In this document: positions 36,275 through 46,222 of the stretch, piece by piece
Position numbering within the stretch: position 1 is the first letter of the stretch
Layout of the letters: each line of letters begins with the position of its first letter
Source: a virus
DNA length: 64,000 bases
Virus record (IMG/VR): IMGVR_UViG_3300045241_000115
Location: 9,960 to 73,959 of that record
Reading direction: 5' to 3' (one strand)
The notes under the pieces: generated by a model
The model's database searches: none
What the model was told of the DNA's origin: nothing
Seen by the model: only the letters and a program-made list of their open reading frames with translations
Made by a program: the position numbers and the translations under genes

Positions 36275-37261
36275 TTAGATGCCGTCGCGGTATCCAATGG
36301 TCTCCGGATACGGGCTTTCGACCTGCCCCATCCGTGCCCAGTACGTCGTCAGGTTGTAGAGGCTGCGCCATTCCAGCGGTGTTCTCTGCAACGGCGTCAT
36401 CGGGAAACGCACTTTGTCGTATTCCTTCGTGTAGGCGATCATCCGCTGCGTGTTGCCGCTGCCGCGGTTCTTCAGCCACTTCGACGCCTGGATGTTCAGC
36501 GGCTTGGCGCCGTTCGTCGTGGTCAGGTTGTTCTCTTGGATGTAGCGCAGCACCGAGACGTTGCCGGCCGAGCTGACCTTGGTCGAGATCAACAGCGACA
36601 TCTGCAACGGCGGAATGCGCAACTCGGACGGCACGATTGCGAAGCCCGACGCTTCCCACACGCTTTCGAGCAGCTCGTTGATCTGCGCGATCATCGTATC
36701 GGGGTTGGTCGTCCAGGCACCGCCGGTGACGTTTGCGACGTTGGTCACCTGCGACAGGTTCGTGATGCCTGTCGTGCCGATCAGCGGATCACCGATATAG
36801 ACGAGCTGATCGATGTCCATCTGATTTTTGAGCCGAAGCGCTTGGAACTTCTGCTCATCGATCGGACGGCCAAGCTGCATCGCCGAGGCGAGTTCCGGCA
36901 TCGTGTAGGACAGCTCTTGCGCCCACAGACGCAGGGGCAGAGCGGTCTTGCCGATGTCCAGCGATACGCTCTGGATCGCGTTGGTGGCTTTGCCGATCCA
37001 CGAGATGCCTTGCGTGGCAAAGCCACCCGAGGCGCCAAACGTGGAATTGGTGAAGGACGACCACTCGTCGCCGGTCGTGATGTCGGATCGCAGGTCGATA
37101 TCGCGTGACCATGTGATCGACACCAGCGGCTCGTGCAGTGCGGGATCGAGCCGTTCGAGTTCGCCGAGCAGGAAGGCGCCGGCGCTGTCGCGCGTGACGC
37201 CGTCGAATGTTTGCAGACCTCCGTACGTGGGAGGGCCGCCCATGTTCATGCCGTCTGGCAT
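36275..37261 (-). CDS. major capsid protein (DUF2184-like)
   Basis: GAFL.GELERLD..L.EPL...TW.RDI.LR, ID...Y.GD, Y.DGI end. Confidence 0.9.
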   Translation of the reverse strand: MPDGMNMGGPPTYGGLQTFDGVTRDSAGAFLLGELERLDPALHEPLVSITWSRDIDLRSDITTGDEWSSFTNSTFGASGGFATQGISWIGKATNAIQSVSLDIGKTALPLRLWAQELSYTMPELASAMQLGRPIDEQKFQALRLKNQMDIDQLVYIGDPLIGTTGITNLSQVTNVANVTGGAWTTNPDTMIAQINELLESVWEASGFAIVPSELRIPPLQMSLLISTKVSSAGNVSVLRYIQENNLTTTNGAKPLNIQASKWLKNRGSGNTQRMIAYTKEYDKVRFPMTPLQRTPLEWRSLYNLTTYWARMGQVESPYPETIGYRDGI

Positions 37262-37331
37262 GTGAGCTCCTTTCAGTATTCGATTGTGAGGGAGGGGGTT
37301 GCCGCTGCGACGCTGCGGCCCGCGTCAGGCG

Positions 37332-37847
37332 TCAGATGTTGTAGGCAACCTCGACGATGCCGTTCGCGTCAGCGCCCGACATGAAGATGGCATTGGGCAG
37401 AGCGACGCAGGTGCCGGCCGCAGGAGCGACCGCTGTCACGTTGCCTTGCGTCTGTCCGCCGGCACTCGCGCCCGTCCAGACATTGACGGGAGCGTTCTTC
37501 ACCGCGGCCGTTGCGCCGCCGAGTTTGACCAGCATGTATCCGCGCCGCAGCACGTCGACCGTCCCTGCTGGAGGCGGTGTTGCTGCGCCGATCGGATCGT
37601 TGAGCGAGCCGGGCGGTACGCCGAAGCCCTGCGTCGGGTAGGGACGCACGCTCAGACCGTAGAAGCCCGCCACGTCCGCGGTTGCAGGCGGGCGGATCGT
37701 GCCGGTCGCAGGATCCATCACGACGACCTGGCCGTAGTACGTGGGAGGCGTCGTCGTGTTGATCTGCTGGGCCTCGACCGTCGCGTGCTCAACGCGACTG
37801 AGTGCCCCGGGAAACCCCGTGGGCATGTTCAAGAGGTATGCTACCAC
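37332..37847 (-). CDS. head decoration/cement protein
   Basis: AYL..MP.G.PG..SR, G..VRPYP, VLRRGY, VEVAYNI. Confidence 0.8.
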   Translation of the reverse strand: MVAYLLNMPTGFPGALSRVEHATVEAQQINTTTPPTYYGQVVVMDPATGTIRPPATADVAGFYGLSVRPYPTQGFGVPPGSLNDPIGAATPPPAGTVDVLRRGYMLVKLGGATAAVKNAPVNVWTGASAGGQTQGNVTAVAPAAGTCVALPNAIFMSGADANGIVEVAYNI

Positions 37848-37881
37848 TTGCCTATCTCCTTTCCTTGCGAGTGGTTGGTAG

Positions 37882-38823
37882 TCACGAGGCGCGACGCGCA
37901 GTGCCGCCCCAGGCGGCCCAGCGTTCGGCGTTGCGCTTGTTGATGTCCTCGATCTTCGCGCGCAGGCTGTCGTTGGTGGCCCGCTGCTGCTGACCGAACT
38001 GCGGGCTTGGGATGTTCGCCGCATTGTTCATCGAACGCATGCGATCGGACGCATCGATGAACAGCATGCGCACCGCATCGCAGGACATCGTCTTGATCGC
38101 ATCGCTGGTATGACGTCCGATCGCCACCATGCCGCGCTCCGTGCCGGCCGCCGTCAGCAGAGCGGAACGACGCGTATCGCAGATGCGTTGCCCGGCCTGC
38201 TTCATGCGGTCAGGCCCGAGCGCGCCATCGAGAACGCCGATCTTGATACCGGGAGCGAGCACTTCCGCGCGCGCCTTGGTATCGCGGATCACCGAGTTCA
38301 TCGCCGAATTGACACGCGCGACCAACGTCGCATCGCCCATCATCGACTTGCCGGTCTTGAGCGCGGGATCGGCCTCCATCAGATCAGGCTCGGCCGATGG
38401 CGGATCAGAGGACGTAGCGGCGCCCTCGCCGGGCGGGTCGGCCAGTTCCTCGTCCTTGGTCTCGTCCTTGTCGTCCTCGTCGTCGTCCTTTTTGGGCGGG
38501 AACTCATCGCGCCCGGTCAGTTTGTCGGTGATCGCTTTGACCGCGTCGCGCAGCTCTTTCAGAGTGTCGTCGGTCTTCTTTTTCCAATCGTCGTCGTCGT
38601 CACCGTTCTTGTCGGGATCGGCATCGCCGGTGCCGTTGCCGCCTTCGTTGTGGTGATTGTGGATGACGATGGCCTGCTTGCCTTCGTCACCGTCCGGCTC
38701 GTCGTGTTCTGGGCCGGCTGCCGCAGCAGCTTCCTCGGCATCCAGCACGATCTTCGCGACCGACGCCTTGTCGCGCGCGAAGAACCCTTCGTAGATGTAG
38801 TCACGCAACGTGCGCTTGCTCAT
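37882..38823 (-). CDS. scaffold-like protein (resembles the usual C-terminal half of DUF2213 proteins)
   Basis: Acidic linker, IVIHNH, AEVLAPG, IN.RN...W end; AAAGGAGG SD. Confidence 0.65.
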   Translation of the reverse strand: MSKRTLRDYIYEGFFARDKASVAKIVLDAEEAAAAAGPEHDEPDGDEGKQAIVIHNHHNEGGNGTGDADPDKNGDDDDDWKKKTDDTLKELRDAVKAITDKLTGRDEFPPKKDDDEDDKDETKDEELADPPGEGAATSSDPPSAEPDLMEADPALKTGKSMMGDATLVARVNSAMNSVIRDTKARAEVLAPGIKIGVLDGALGPDRMKQAGQRICDTRRSALLTAAGTERGMVAIGRHTSDAIKTMSCDAVRMLFIDASDRMRSMNNAANIPSPQFGQQQRATNDSLRAKIEDINKRNAERWAAWGGTARRAS

Positions 38824-38861
38824 CGTTGCCCTCCTTTGCTGGCAGTAGTCACAGCCGCAAA

Positions 38862-39038
38862 TCACGGCTGGTCGGGCTCGTCGGGATAATCGATGTCCTC
38901 GTCGAGCTTCTCGATCGGCGATTTCTGTCCGACCAAGGACGGCACACCGAGTTGCTCGGCCTCGCCGTCCCACACCACCTCGTCGTCGATGGTGACGATC
39001 ATGCCGTCGGACGTGTTGCTCTTGGGGTCCTTGGCCAT
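38862..39038 (-). CDS. small acidic protein downstream of the ART domain
   Basis: AAAGGG SD; 58 aa. Confidence 0.55.
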   Translation of the reverse strand: MAKDPKSNTSDGMIVTIDDEVVWDGEAEQLGVPSLVGQKSPIEKLDEDIDYPDEPDQP

Positions 39039-39049
39039 CGCTTTCCCTT

Positions 39050-42000
39050 TCAGACCGTGGTGCAGCGAACGATGTGCTGCTTGCCGACTTTCTCGATTTC
39101 GTAGACATCGAATGCGATGCCGTGCCGCAGCAGCACTTCGTTCTCTGAGACGTAGGATTTGTCTGCCGCCCATATGCCGAGTGCCGGCGTTCCCTTTCGG
39201 GCGACGATTTCGTAGATCACGCTCTTGGATGAGAACGCCGCTTCCTTCGCCATGCTGGTCGAAGTGAAACCGAGGCGCTGTGGCCGCACGATTTTGCCGG
39301 CCGCCAGACCGTCCTTCCATTGCTGCAGCATCGCGTCGGGAACGTCCTCGCCGCGTCGCAGTATCGCGTCCGCGTGCAGCACCGCGTCGGGATGCTCGAA
39401 CAGAAGGTCGATGTCATCGACCATTTCCTGGGCGTATGCCGGCGCCGTGGCGTCGCTGCGCAATGCACCGTTGATGCCGCCGGACCCGCCTTTGTAGGAG
39501 ACACATGCGGCCTTGCCGGCCTTGCTCACGTCGGGCTTGGTCCACCACGAACGATCGAGCGAGGGGCAAATAGCTCTGGCCTGCGGAGCGGCGGCGCTGG
39601 GGACGTCGTGTGCCTGCTTACGTTTTGCCTGCGCTATCTCGAGGCGCTTCTGGTTCGGCGTTCGGACCGCGTTGGGGCTGGGTGTGGTCGAGGAGGACGG
39701 GGACGCAGATGTGGCCGGACTCACGGTTCCGACCGGCGTACCGCTCAGCTTTTGGATCCATTGGTTGGCAAGTGTTTTGACGGAAGGATCGAGCGATGTG
39801 TTCGCCAGCGCGGTGATCTTCGCGATCTTCGCTGCGCTGATGTTGGAGGGATCGACCGCGATCTTGAAGATTTGGGCATGTAGCGATGCCGCGCTTTGCG
39901 GCGGCGGCGTTGAGGCCGCTGGCTGAGGCGTCGGCGTCGCGGCCGGTTTGGGCGGTACGGACGCGGTCGGTTTCGGCGCCGCCTTGGCCGAAGGCGTGAC
40001 GCCATGCGCCGCGCCCACATGGGCGATCATCGTGTTGGCGTATTTGGCGATCGATCCGTGTTTATAGTTGCTGGCGAGCTGCTGGATCTGCGCGGCCGCC
40101 TCGTGCGGGTCGGTGCCTTTTGTCAGCAATTCCTTGGTGAGCGCGTGCAGCTTCTTGCCGGCCGGCGTCGACCAATAGGCGGGCGGATGAGGCACGGTCT
40201 GCGCCGCAGCCGCGACCTTGCTCCCACCACTGCCGCCGCCGCCCCCACCGCCGCCCGATGTGAACTCGCCACCGCCCGGGCTGCCCTTCGGCACGCGTGG
40301 GTGCTCGCCTTCCACGAAGTCGGCGTCGGCGTAATCGATGTCCTCGCCGTTGTCGTAGTCGATGTCAGCGCCATCGTCGGCCTCGCCTTCGTCCTCGTCC
40401 TCGAGGAATTCCAGCGGGTCGAAGCCCAGCATGGCGATGACATCGGCGGGCGTTACCTCGAGCAGCTCGTCGTCGGGATCCTCGTCATCCTCGTCCGGAT
40501 CCGGCAGCGGAGATCCGACCTCGCCCCAATGGGCGTCGGGAAGTTCTCTGTCCCCGTCGTCATCGGCCCATGCAGCGTCCGCAGTGCCGCCGATGCCGGC
40601 CGATTGCTGCCATTGCGCGAACACGACCGGCGAGATGTAGGACTGCAAGGCGATCGTCGGCGTGTTGCCGAGCTTCTGCGAAACGATGGTGGCGACGTGT
40701 TTGACCGCGCGCTTGTACTCGCGCTCGTTGGTCGGCTCCGGCGTTCTCTCCACTTCATCGAGCGCGGTCTGCGTGCCGAGGTGGGTGCGGAAATCCTTGG
40801 TCTTGAACGAGCCGTCGCCGAGCGAGTGGACGTGCTTGAGCAGCCCGCCTGCGTTGACACCGAACAGATCGCCGCGTGCGCCTGCGGCCTCTTTGCGCTT
40901 GAGCAGCATCTTGGCGATGCCGGGGTCCTGGATCGGCAGGTCGAGGGAGACGCCCTTCTTGCCGGTGAAGCGCAGCCGCACGCCGTCCTTCAGCGAGACG
41001 ACGTGGCGACCTTGGAGTGTGGTGGCGCCGTATGCCTGCGTCTCAGCCCCGGTATCGCCGGTGCTGCCGGGCCGGATGCCGGTCGCCATGATCAACGCGG
41101 TCGCATCAGCCGCCTCGCGGGTCGCAAGCTCGCGCCGCGCCGCCTCGTTCTGTTTGCGAACGTCCTTGAACGCCTCGGCGAGCTTCTTGGCGCGCGCGAA
41201 CTTCGCGGCCGCCTGTTTGGCGGAGAATTCCGCCGAATAGACCAATTGCCTGCGACCCTTCACGTCGCGTCCGGTCGCCTGCAGTTTGGCCGCGGGATCG
41301 GGCGAATAGGTGACGTCGGTCCAGGCGGGCGGGAGCTTGAGCTTCTGGATGTGCTCAGGCAGGTCGGCGCCCGACGAAGTGACGCGTTTGCCGTTGGCGA
41401 CCTTCGTCGTCTCGTGATGAGCGGCAGCGCCACCGCCGCCACCGCCACCTGACGTGAACTCACCACCGCCAGGACCGCTTTTGACGCGCGGATGCTCGGA
41501 CTCAACGAAGGCGTCGTAGCTGTATTCGGGTGTGCCGCTGTCGAGGATCGTGCATCGGCTGCCGCAGCGACCTTCGTCCACCAACGCCACGTGGTTGCAG
41601 AAGATGTTGCGCTGTCGGCCGAGGCCAGGAGCCGTCTGCTCGTAGTGCGCGTTGTACCCCACGCTGATCGCGCGCTTGCCGCGCTTGACCGCATCGATGC
41701 CGCGTCGTGTCGTGAAGATCAGATCCGCAAGCAGCAGGTCATCGTAGGCGCCCTCACCGCGGCGCGGATTGGACACGTAGCCTATGGCGAGATCGGAATA
41801 GTTGTCTGGCCCGACCGCATCGTACGGATGATCGTCCACCAGCGGTTTGCCAATGAAGCTGCGCACGCTGTCTGGCGAGAACACTTCGGACGCCTCGCGG
41901 TCGACGTGCACGCGCCCGCCCTGGTCGCCCTGCAATGGAGGGACTTCATTTTCCCAGTAAATCTGCGTGCCGGTGCGCGCGATGGGCACGTTGCGGCAGA

Positions 42001-42064
42001 TCAGGTAGCCTTCGGCGGTCTCTTCCTGATTGGCCGAGAGTTTGGAGACGGTATGCCATTCCAT
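39050..42064 (-). CDS. DUF2213-type prohead protease fused to type IB topoisomerase and VIP2/Alt-like ADP-ribosyltransferase
   Basis: Protease: GYLIC..VPIARTG.Q.Y, HP, S.GY, NHVALV..GRCG. TopoIB: GRD.KGR.Q..Y, IRPG, YGATTL, F.GKKG, KDFRT, LGNTP...SYI. ART: IN..LR, LRRG, GFTSTS, ENEVLL. Confidence 0.85.
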   Translation of the reverse strand: MEWHTVSKLSANQEETAEGYLICRNVPIARTGTQIYWENEVPPLQGDQGGRVHVDREASEVFSPDSVRSFIGKPLVDDHPYDAVGPDNYSDLAIGYVSNPRRGEGAYDDLLLADLIFTTRRGIDAVKRGKRAISVGYNAHYEQTAPGLGRQRNIFCNHVALVDEGRCGSRCTILDSGTPEYSYDAFVESEHPRVKSGPGGGEFTSGGGGGGGAAAHHETTKVANGKRVTSSGADLPEHIQKLKLPPAWTDVTYSPDPAAKLQATGRDVKGRRQLVYSAEFSAKQAAAKFARAKKLAEAFKDVRKQNEAARRELATREAADATALIMATGIRPGSTGDTGAETQAYGATTLQGRHVVSLKDGVRLRFTGKKGVSLDLPIQDPGIAKMLLKRKEAAGARGDLFGVNAGGLLKHVHSLGDGSFKTKDFRTHLGTQTALDEVERTPEPTNEREYKRAVKHVATIVSQKLGNTPTIALQSYISPVVFAQWQQSAGIGGTADAAWADDDGDRELPDAHWGEVGSPLPDPDEDDEDPDDELLEVTPADVIAMLGFDPLEFLEDEDEGEADDGADIDYDNGEDIDYADADFVEGEHPRVPKGSPGGGEFTSGGGGGGGGSGGSKVAAAAQTVPHPPAYWSTPAGKKLHALTKELLTKGTDPHEAAAQIQQLASNYKHGSIAKYANTMIAHVGAAHGVTPSAKAAPKPTASVPPKPAATPTPQPAASTPPPQSAASLHAQIFKIAVDPSNISAAKIAKITALANTSLDPSVKTLANQWIQKLSGTPVGTVSPATSASPSSSTTPSPNAVRTPNQKRLEIAQAKRKQAHDVPSAAAPQARAICPSLDRSWWTKPDVSKAGKAACVSYKGGSGGINGALRSDATAPAYAQEMVDDIDLLFEHPDAVLHADAILRRGEDVPDAMLQQWKDGLAAGKIVRPQRLGFTSTSMAKEAAFSSKSVIYEIVARKGTPALGIWAADKSYVSENEVLLRHGIAFDVYEIEKVGKQHIVRCTTV

Positions 42065-42289
42065 GATGACGGGGCGCCTCCCCTGACCGACGAGGAACGA
42101 CACAAGCAGCAAAAGTTGCGGCTGTGGGCTATGGAGTTGTCCTATTCCATGCCGGAATTAGACGACCTGATGCTCGGTCGGCCGCCTCGTCCGCCGCCGT
42201 CATTCTGGCAGCGCGTGAAGCGTTGGTTTCGGCGGCTTTATCGCGACTGATAGACGCGCACGCGCCCGTTGCGCATCACGTCGCTGCGT

Positions 42290-42580
42290 TCATCGCCGAG
42301 TGACCTTGACGCGGCCTGACGGCATCACATCGATGCGCAAAATGCGCCTGGTCGCGCTGTCCTTCGGCTTTTGACGTGCCGCCTTGGTTTTGGCGTTACG
42401 CTCGAACGCCGACTCCTTGCCCTCCCAGTACTCTTCCTCTTTCGGCTTCTCGGCCATGGCATCTACCCCTGTGATCGTGCCCTTGTTCTTGGAGCGGTAG
42501 AACACCTCCTCGCCCTTCTCCTCGCCGTACTGCTCCTTCATGGCCGCGAGGATCTTCTCGCCCTTCGCCGTCAACGGCAT
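42290..42580 (-). CDS. conserved small phage head-region protein
   Basis: MPLT.KG.KI...M...YG..KG..VFY.S.NKG.I.GV. Confidence 0.7.
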   Translation of the reverse strand: MPLTAKGEKILAAMKEQYGEEKGEEVFYRSKNKGTITGVDAMAEKPKEEEYWEGKESAFERNAKTKAARQKPKDSATRRILRIDVMPSGRVKVTRR

Positions 42581-42837
42581 CAGCCGTCTAACTCGCAGGG
42601 ATCGATCATGTACATGACCGCCGACAGCATCGCCGCCTTGGCCTCTGGATCAACGGTCAACTCGCGCAACTGGTCGTGGATCAGGAAACACATCGCCAGC
42701 AGCACTTCGCCGCGCGAGTGGCCGACCGCCGCTTTATCCAGTTTCCTCGCCAGCGCTTCCACGCGATCCTTATCGAATAAGCGGCCCGGCTCCAGCGCAT
42801 ACAGAATGTCGTCGGTGAGCTGCATCACGGTTTCCAT
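42580..42837 (-). CDS. hypothetical protein
   Basis: TGATG coupling. Confidence 0.5.
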   Translation of the reverse strand: METVMQLTDDILYALEPGRLFDKDRVEALARKLDKAAVGHSRGEVLLAMCFLIHDQLRELTVDPEAKAAMLSAVMYMIDPCELDG

Positions 42838-42910
42838 ACGGAGATCACCGTCGCGACGATCAGCACGAGCGCGATGTTGATGAGCAACTGTGCGGTGAGA
42901 CGGTGCATCG

Positions 42911-43447
42911 TCACCTCCCCCGAGAGAGTACGAACCGGGCGGGATAGTTGATAGCGCCCCATCGCGGCGTCGCCCTGCCCACCATACCGGCCCGCTCCAT
43001 CACCTTGATCTGCTCGTAGACCGCCACCCGCGTCAGTCCACAGCCCGCGGCGATCTCAGCAACGGTGACGTCGTTGTGTGAGGCCAGGAATTCCGTTATC
43101 CGCTTCTGTCGCGACGGCCCCACCAGCGTATCCTCGCGATTAACTTCCGGGGATGTTTTCAGTCGGGCGCGATAGGCAGCGCGTTTGATCGCGATGAACC
43201 GCAACGGCGCGGTCTGGCTGAGGCCCGGCTTGATAATGCGATAGACGGCCATCGGTTTGTCGTCGATCCGCACGAGATAACTATGACGCGACGCGCCGCC
43301 GCCTATCACGACACCATGGCCTTCAACGATGGGATGTCCGCCGACCGCCGCACCGTGCACCACCACGCGGTCACCAATCTGAAACGGCGCATCCGACGGG
43401 ATCGGATGAGCGTATTGCGGCGTCATCCTGCGGTTCGCGCGCGGCAT
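42911..43447 (-). CDS. protein with C-terminal winged HTH
   Basis: TVAEIAAGCGLTRVAVYEQI..MERAGMV. Confidence 0.6.
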   Translation of the reverse strand: MPRANRRMTPQYAHPIPSDAPFQIGDRVVVHGAAVGGHPIVEGHGVVIGGGASRHSYLVRIDDKPMAVYRIIKPGLSQTAPLRFIAIKRAAYRARLKTSPEVNREDTLVGPSRQKRITEFLASHNDVTVAEIAAGCGLTRVAVYEQIKVMERAGMVGRATPRWGAINYPARFVLSRGR

Positions 43448-43450
43448 ACC

Positions 43451-44263
43451 TCAGTCAGGGATGATCGGCAGCGCGACGCAACGACAATTCCAAATCTGGC
43501 CGGGATGGCTGTGATAGTCGGGCGGATCAGACAGCGGCGGATCATCCCAACTGTGCACCGAATGGTTGAGCTTGCGATGCGACGGCCGGACTTTCCAATC
43601 GCCCACCGTCTGCCAGATGTACTGCTCGGCACCGATATGCTTGGCCCGTGCCTGGGTCAGCACCGAGGCTGTGCGCGCCGTCTCGGTTCTGGCGATCAGC
43701 GTCGCGCGGTTCTTCAGCCATTCCTCCGTCGCCTTGGGATGCGCCTCGGCAAGCGCCTCCTCGATTTCCGCTGTGCGCTCGGGATATCGCGCCGAAGTCT
43801 CCAATGCGGCGACCGTGCGCTCGTGCACGCGCTCGGCGGCTTCGGTGGGCAATGACGTGATCAATTCGACCTGCTCGGCGAGTAATTGCTGCATGTGTTC
43901 GCCGGTCGGGGCGTTGCGGATTTCCATCTGCAGGCCGGCGGACATGCGGGCGGTGTATTTCTGCCACGCCGTTTTGTTGCGTCGATTGACCTCGCGGATC
44001 ATGCGCCACGCCGTCGCCCGCGCCCACGGCGTGATCGCCGTCTTATAGGCGCGCATCGCTTCGCGGATACGAGCGAGCTGCGCCGGCGTGAACGGCGTCT
44101 TGGGATCCTCGGGCGCATGCGCCTCGACGATGCGCGCGATATGGCGCGCAGCCTGACGCAGTTGAGCGCCGTACGAGGCCTGAGCGTTGCGGGCCTTCTG
44201 GAATTGGGCCTCGGCTGCTTCCGCCTGACGTTGTGCTTTGCGGCGTTCCGATTGCGACGGCAT
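43451..44263 (-). CDS. MuF/gp7-like minor head protein
   Basis: RA.LIARTET, Y.W.T.GD.KVR.SH, HPGQIWNCRC. Confidence 0.9.
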   Translation of the reverse strand: MPSQSERRKAQRQAEAAEAQFQKARNAQASYGAQLRQAARHIARIVEAHAPEDPKTPFTPAQLARIREAMRAYKTAITPWARATAWRMIREVNRRNKTAWQKYTARMSAGLQMEIRNAPTGEHMQQLLAEQVELITSLPTEAAERVHERTVAALETSARYPERTAEIEEALAEAHPKATEEWLKNRATLIARTETARTASVLTQARAKHIGAEQYIWQTVGDWKVRPSHRKLNHSVHSWDDPPLSDPPDYHSHPGQIWNCRCVALPIIPD

Positions 44264-44267
44264 CGCA

Positions 44268-44693
44268 TCAGACGTTCGGCGGATCCTTGAGCGCCAGCGG
44301 GTTGTCGCGCGCCCATTGGTTCCAGGCAACCGCCAGATCGTAGTCGGCGAACTTGGCGTAGATCGGCCGGTTTGCGCCGTTGTTGGTCGCCAGCGCATAG
44401 AACATCTCGGTCGGTGTGCCGCGCGCGATGTCGGGAGCGAACAGCGTGGTGCCTTCGCGCACGATCCAAGCCGGCGATTTGACCGGCGATGTGTCAGGCG
44501 GCGGTCCCCCCATCGAGCCGAGGATCACCGGCACGACCGGTACCGCGCCCGTCTCATCGACGAGCCATGCCAGCACGGGGTTGTCGTGCAGGATCACCCA
44601 GGCGAGGCCGGGCCCGATACCATCGACGGGGTCGGGATTGTATTCGCAGGTGACCAAAATCGAGCCGGTGACCGGTGCAACGGCGAGGGTCAT
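44268..44693 (-). CDS. hypothetical protein
   Basis: ATGA coupling to the portal gene. Confidence 0.55.
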   Translation of the reverse strand: MTLAVAPVTGSILVTCEYNPDPVDGIGPGLAWVILHDNPVLAWLVDETGAVPVVPVILGSMGGPPPDTSPVKSPAWIVREGTTLFAPDIARGTPTEMFYALATNNGANRPIYAKFADYDLAVAWNQWARDNPLALKDPPNV

Positions 44694-46222
44694 TCCTCAT
44701 TCTCCATGCTGCTCGCGGCACCATTGCCGCTCTTGGGAACGGGGGTCGAGACGCCCGGCATTCCTGGACCGACGCCCCCGCCAGCGCCGTTCGTCTTGCC
44801 ACCAGGGGCCGCTCCGGGCATTCCCGGCATCGTCTCTCCAGGCTCGGGCTGCTCCCACGGCGCGGGCGCCTCGCCTGCGTCCTCGATGTCCTGCTCGGAG
44901 ATGTTCGTGAACCTGCCTGTTTGGATGCTGCTCTGTTTCAACTCTTTCAGCGCGATCTGCGTGGTGATCACGCCGGCGTCGTGCAGCAGCTTGATTGTAT
45001 CGGAGTCGCGTTGCGCGACCTCGGCCTTTTCCATCTCGTTCAACTGATAGAGCGAGTTGAAGGTGAACGCGAACGTATCGGGCGTATCGGTGCCAAGCGT
45101 GCTGCGCCATATCACGTCGAACAGCTTGGTCAGCGGCCTGCGCAACCGCGCCTCCTGCTGCGCCTTGATCATGTCATAGTACTGCCGGAGGTCGCTTTCC
45201 CCGGTAGAGTTCAGCCCAGCCGGCGATTGACCGAACAGCCGCACGAGCGGAATGCCGAGGGCGCCCGAGATCTGCTGGCCCAGCATCAGCAACGTCTCAG
45301 ACAGACCAGCGAACGAATACGAGTGCGTTTCGAATTCATCCTCGGCATCGATGACCGTCAGCCCTTCGTTGGACTGATAAATCCGCATCAGTTCCATCAG
45401 CTTGTGGAACTTCTCGGTCAGCTCGGAATTGAATGCGACGAGGTTGCGGTAGTCTTTGACCTTGTACGTGCGCAGATAGGCTTTATAGAGAAGCTGCGCG
45501 GTGCCCATCGTGCCGCTGTCAAATGCGACGAGACGGTCCTGCAACCGCTCGATCACGCTCATGCCCCACAGGTTCTCAGTGATGCGTTGATTGAACGGCA
45601 GCCCGATGCCGTCGAGACGAATGCAGCGGGAGTAATGCACCTTCATGTTCGGCAGATACGGCGCCTGCTGAACCACGTCGTACTGCACGGGCATGCCGTA
45701 ATCGGGGCCGAACTCCTTGACGAGGTTCTGATACGTTGGCTGGACCATCCAACGATCCAGCACGACGAAGCCTTTGAGCTGATCCTTCGCGATGCGGTCG
45801 GTCAGCAAAGGCTGCGCCGTGTCCTGACCGTCGATCATCATGACCATCAGCGCGCCGCCGTACAGCCGGCTCCATTTGATCGTGTCGCCCAAGCTCTGCC
45901 ACATGCAGAGTTCGTTGATGCGGGTGTGGATTTTTTCGATGTCGTCAGGCGGCGTGTCGGAATTCATGATCACGCCGGCCCGCGTCATGTCGTCGGCCAC
46001 CACATCAACCGCGGCGCCGACGACCCACGAGCCGCGATACATCCACTCGAGCTTCTGCCGCAGGCGAGTGAGCGGCAGATAGCCGTAGGTCGTGGCCGCC
46101 ATCAGGTTTTGCGTGCCGATGCCCACGCGCGCGGCGAAGTTCTCCACCGAGTCCGTCGTCATGGCGCCTTCCCATGACGATGCACCGGCGCGCACCCGGA
46201 TGCGTGGGCGCGTGCCTGACAT
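44690..46222 (-). CDS. portal protein (DUF1073-like)
   Basis: MYRGSW....VD..A.DMTR, W.RLYGG, IP..RLFGQSP.GLNSTGESD...YYD. Confidence 0.9.
   Translation of the reverse strand: MSGTRPRIRVRAGASSWEGAMTTDSVENFAARVGIGTQNLMAATTYGYLPLTRLRQKLEWMYRGSWVVGAAVDVVADDMTRAGVIMNSDTPPDDIEKIHTRINELCMWQSLGDTIKWSRLYGGALMVMMIDGQDTAQPLLTDRIAKDQLKGFVVLDRWMVQPTYQNLVKEFGPDYGMPVQYDVVQQAPYLPNMKVHYSRCIRLDGIGLPFNQRITENLWGMSVIERLQDRLVAFDSGTMGTAQLLYKAYLRTYKVKDYRNLVAFNSELTEKFHKLMELMRIYQSNEGLTVIDAEDEFETHSYSFAGLSETLLMLGQQISGALGIPLVRLFGQSPAGLNSTGESDLRQYYDMIKAQQEARLRRPLTKLFDVIWRSTLGTDTPDTFAFTFNSLYQLNEMEKAEVAQRDSDTIKLLHDAGVITTQIALKELKQSSIQTGRFTNISEQDIEDAGEAPAPWEQPEPGETMPGMPGAAPGGKTNGAGGGVGPGMPGVSTPVPKSGNGAASSMENEE

Noticed and set aside
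44675-46177. Long antisense ORFs (this one; also 40004-41452, 1305-2591, 22593-23789)
   Set aside because: Shadow frames of high-GC genes with no recognisable motifs or RBS
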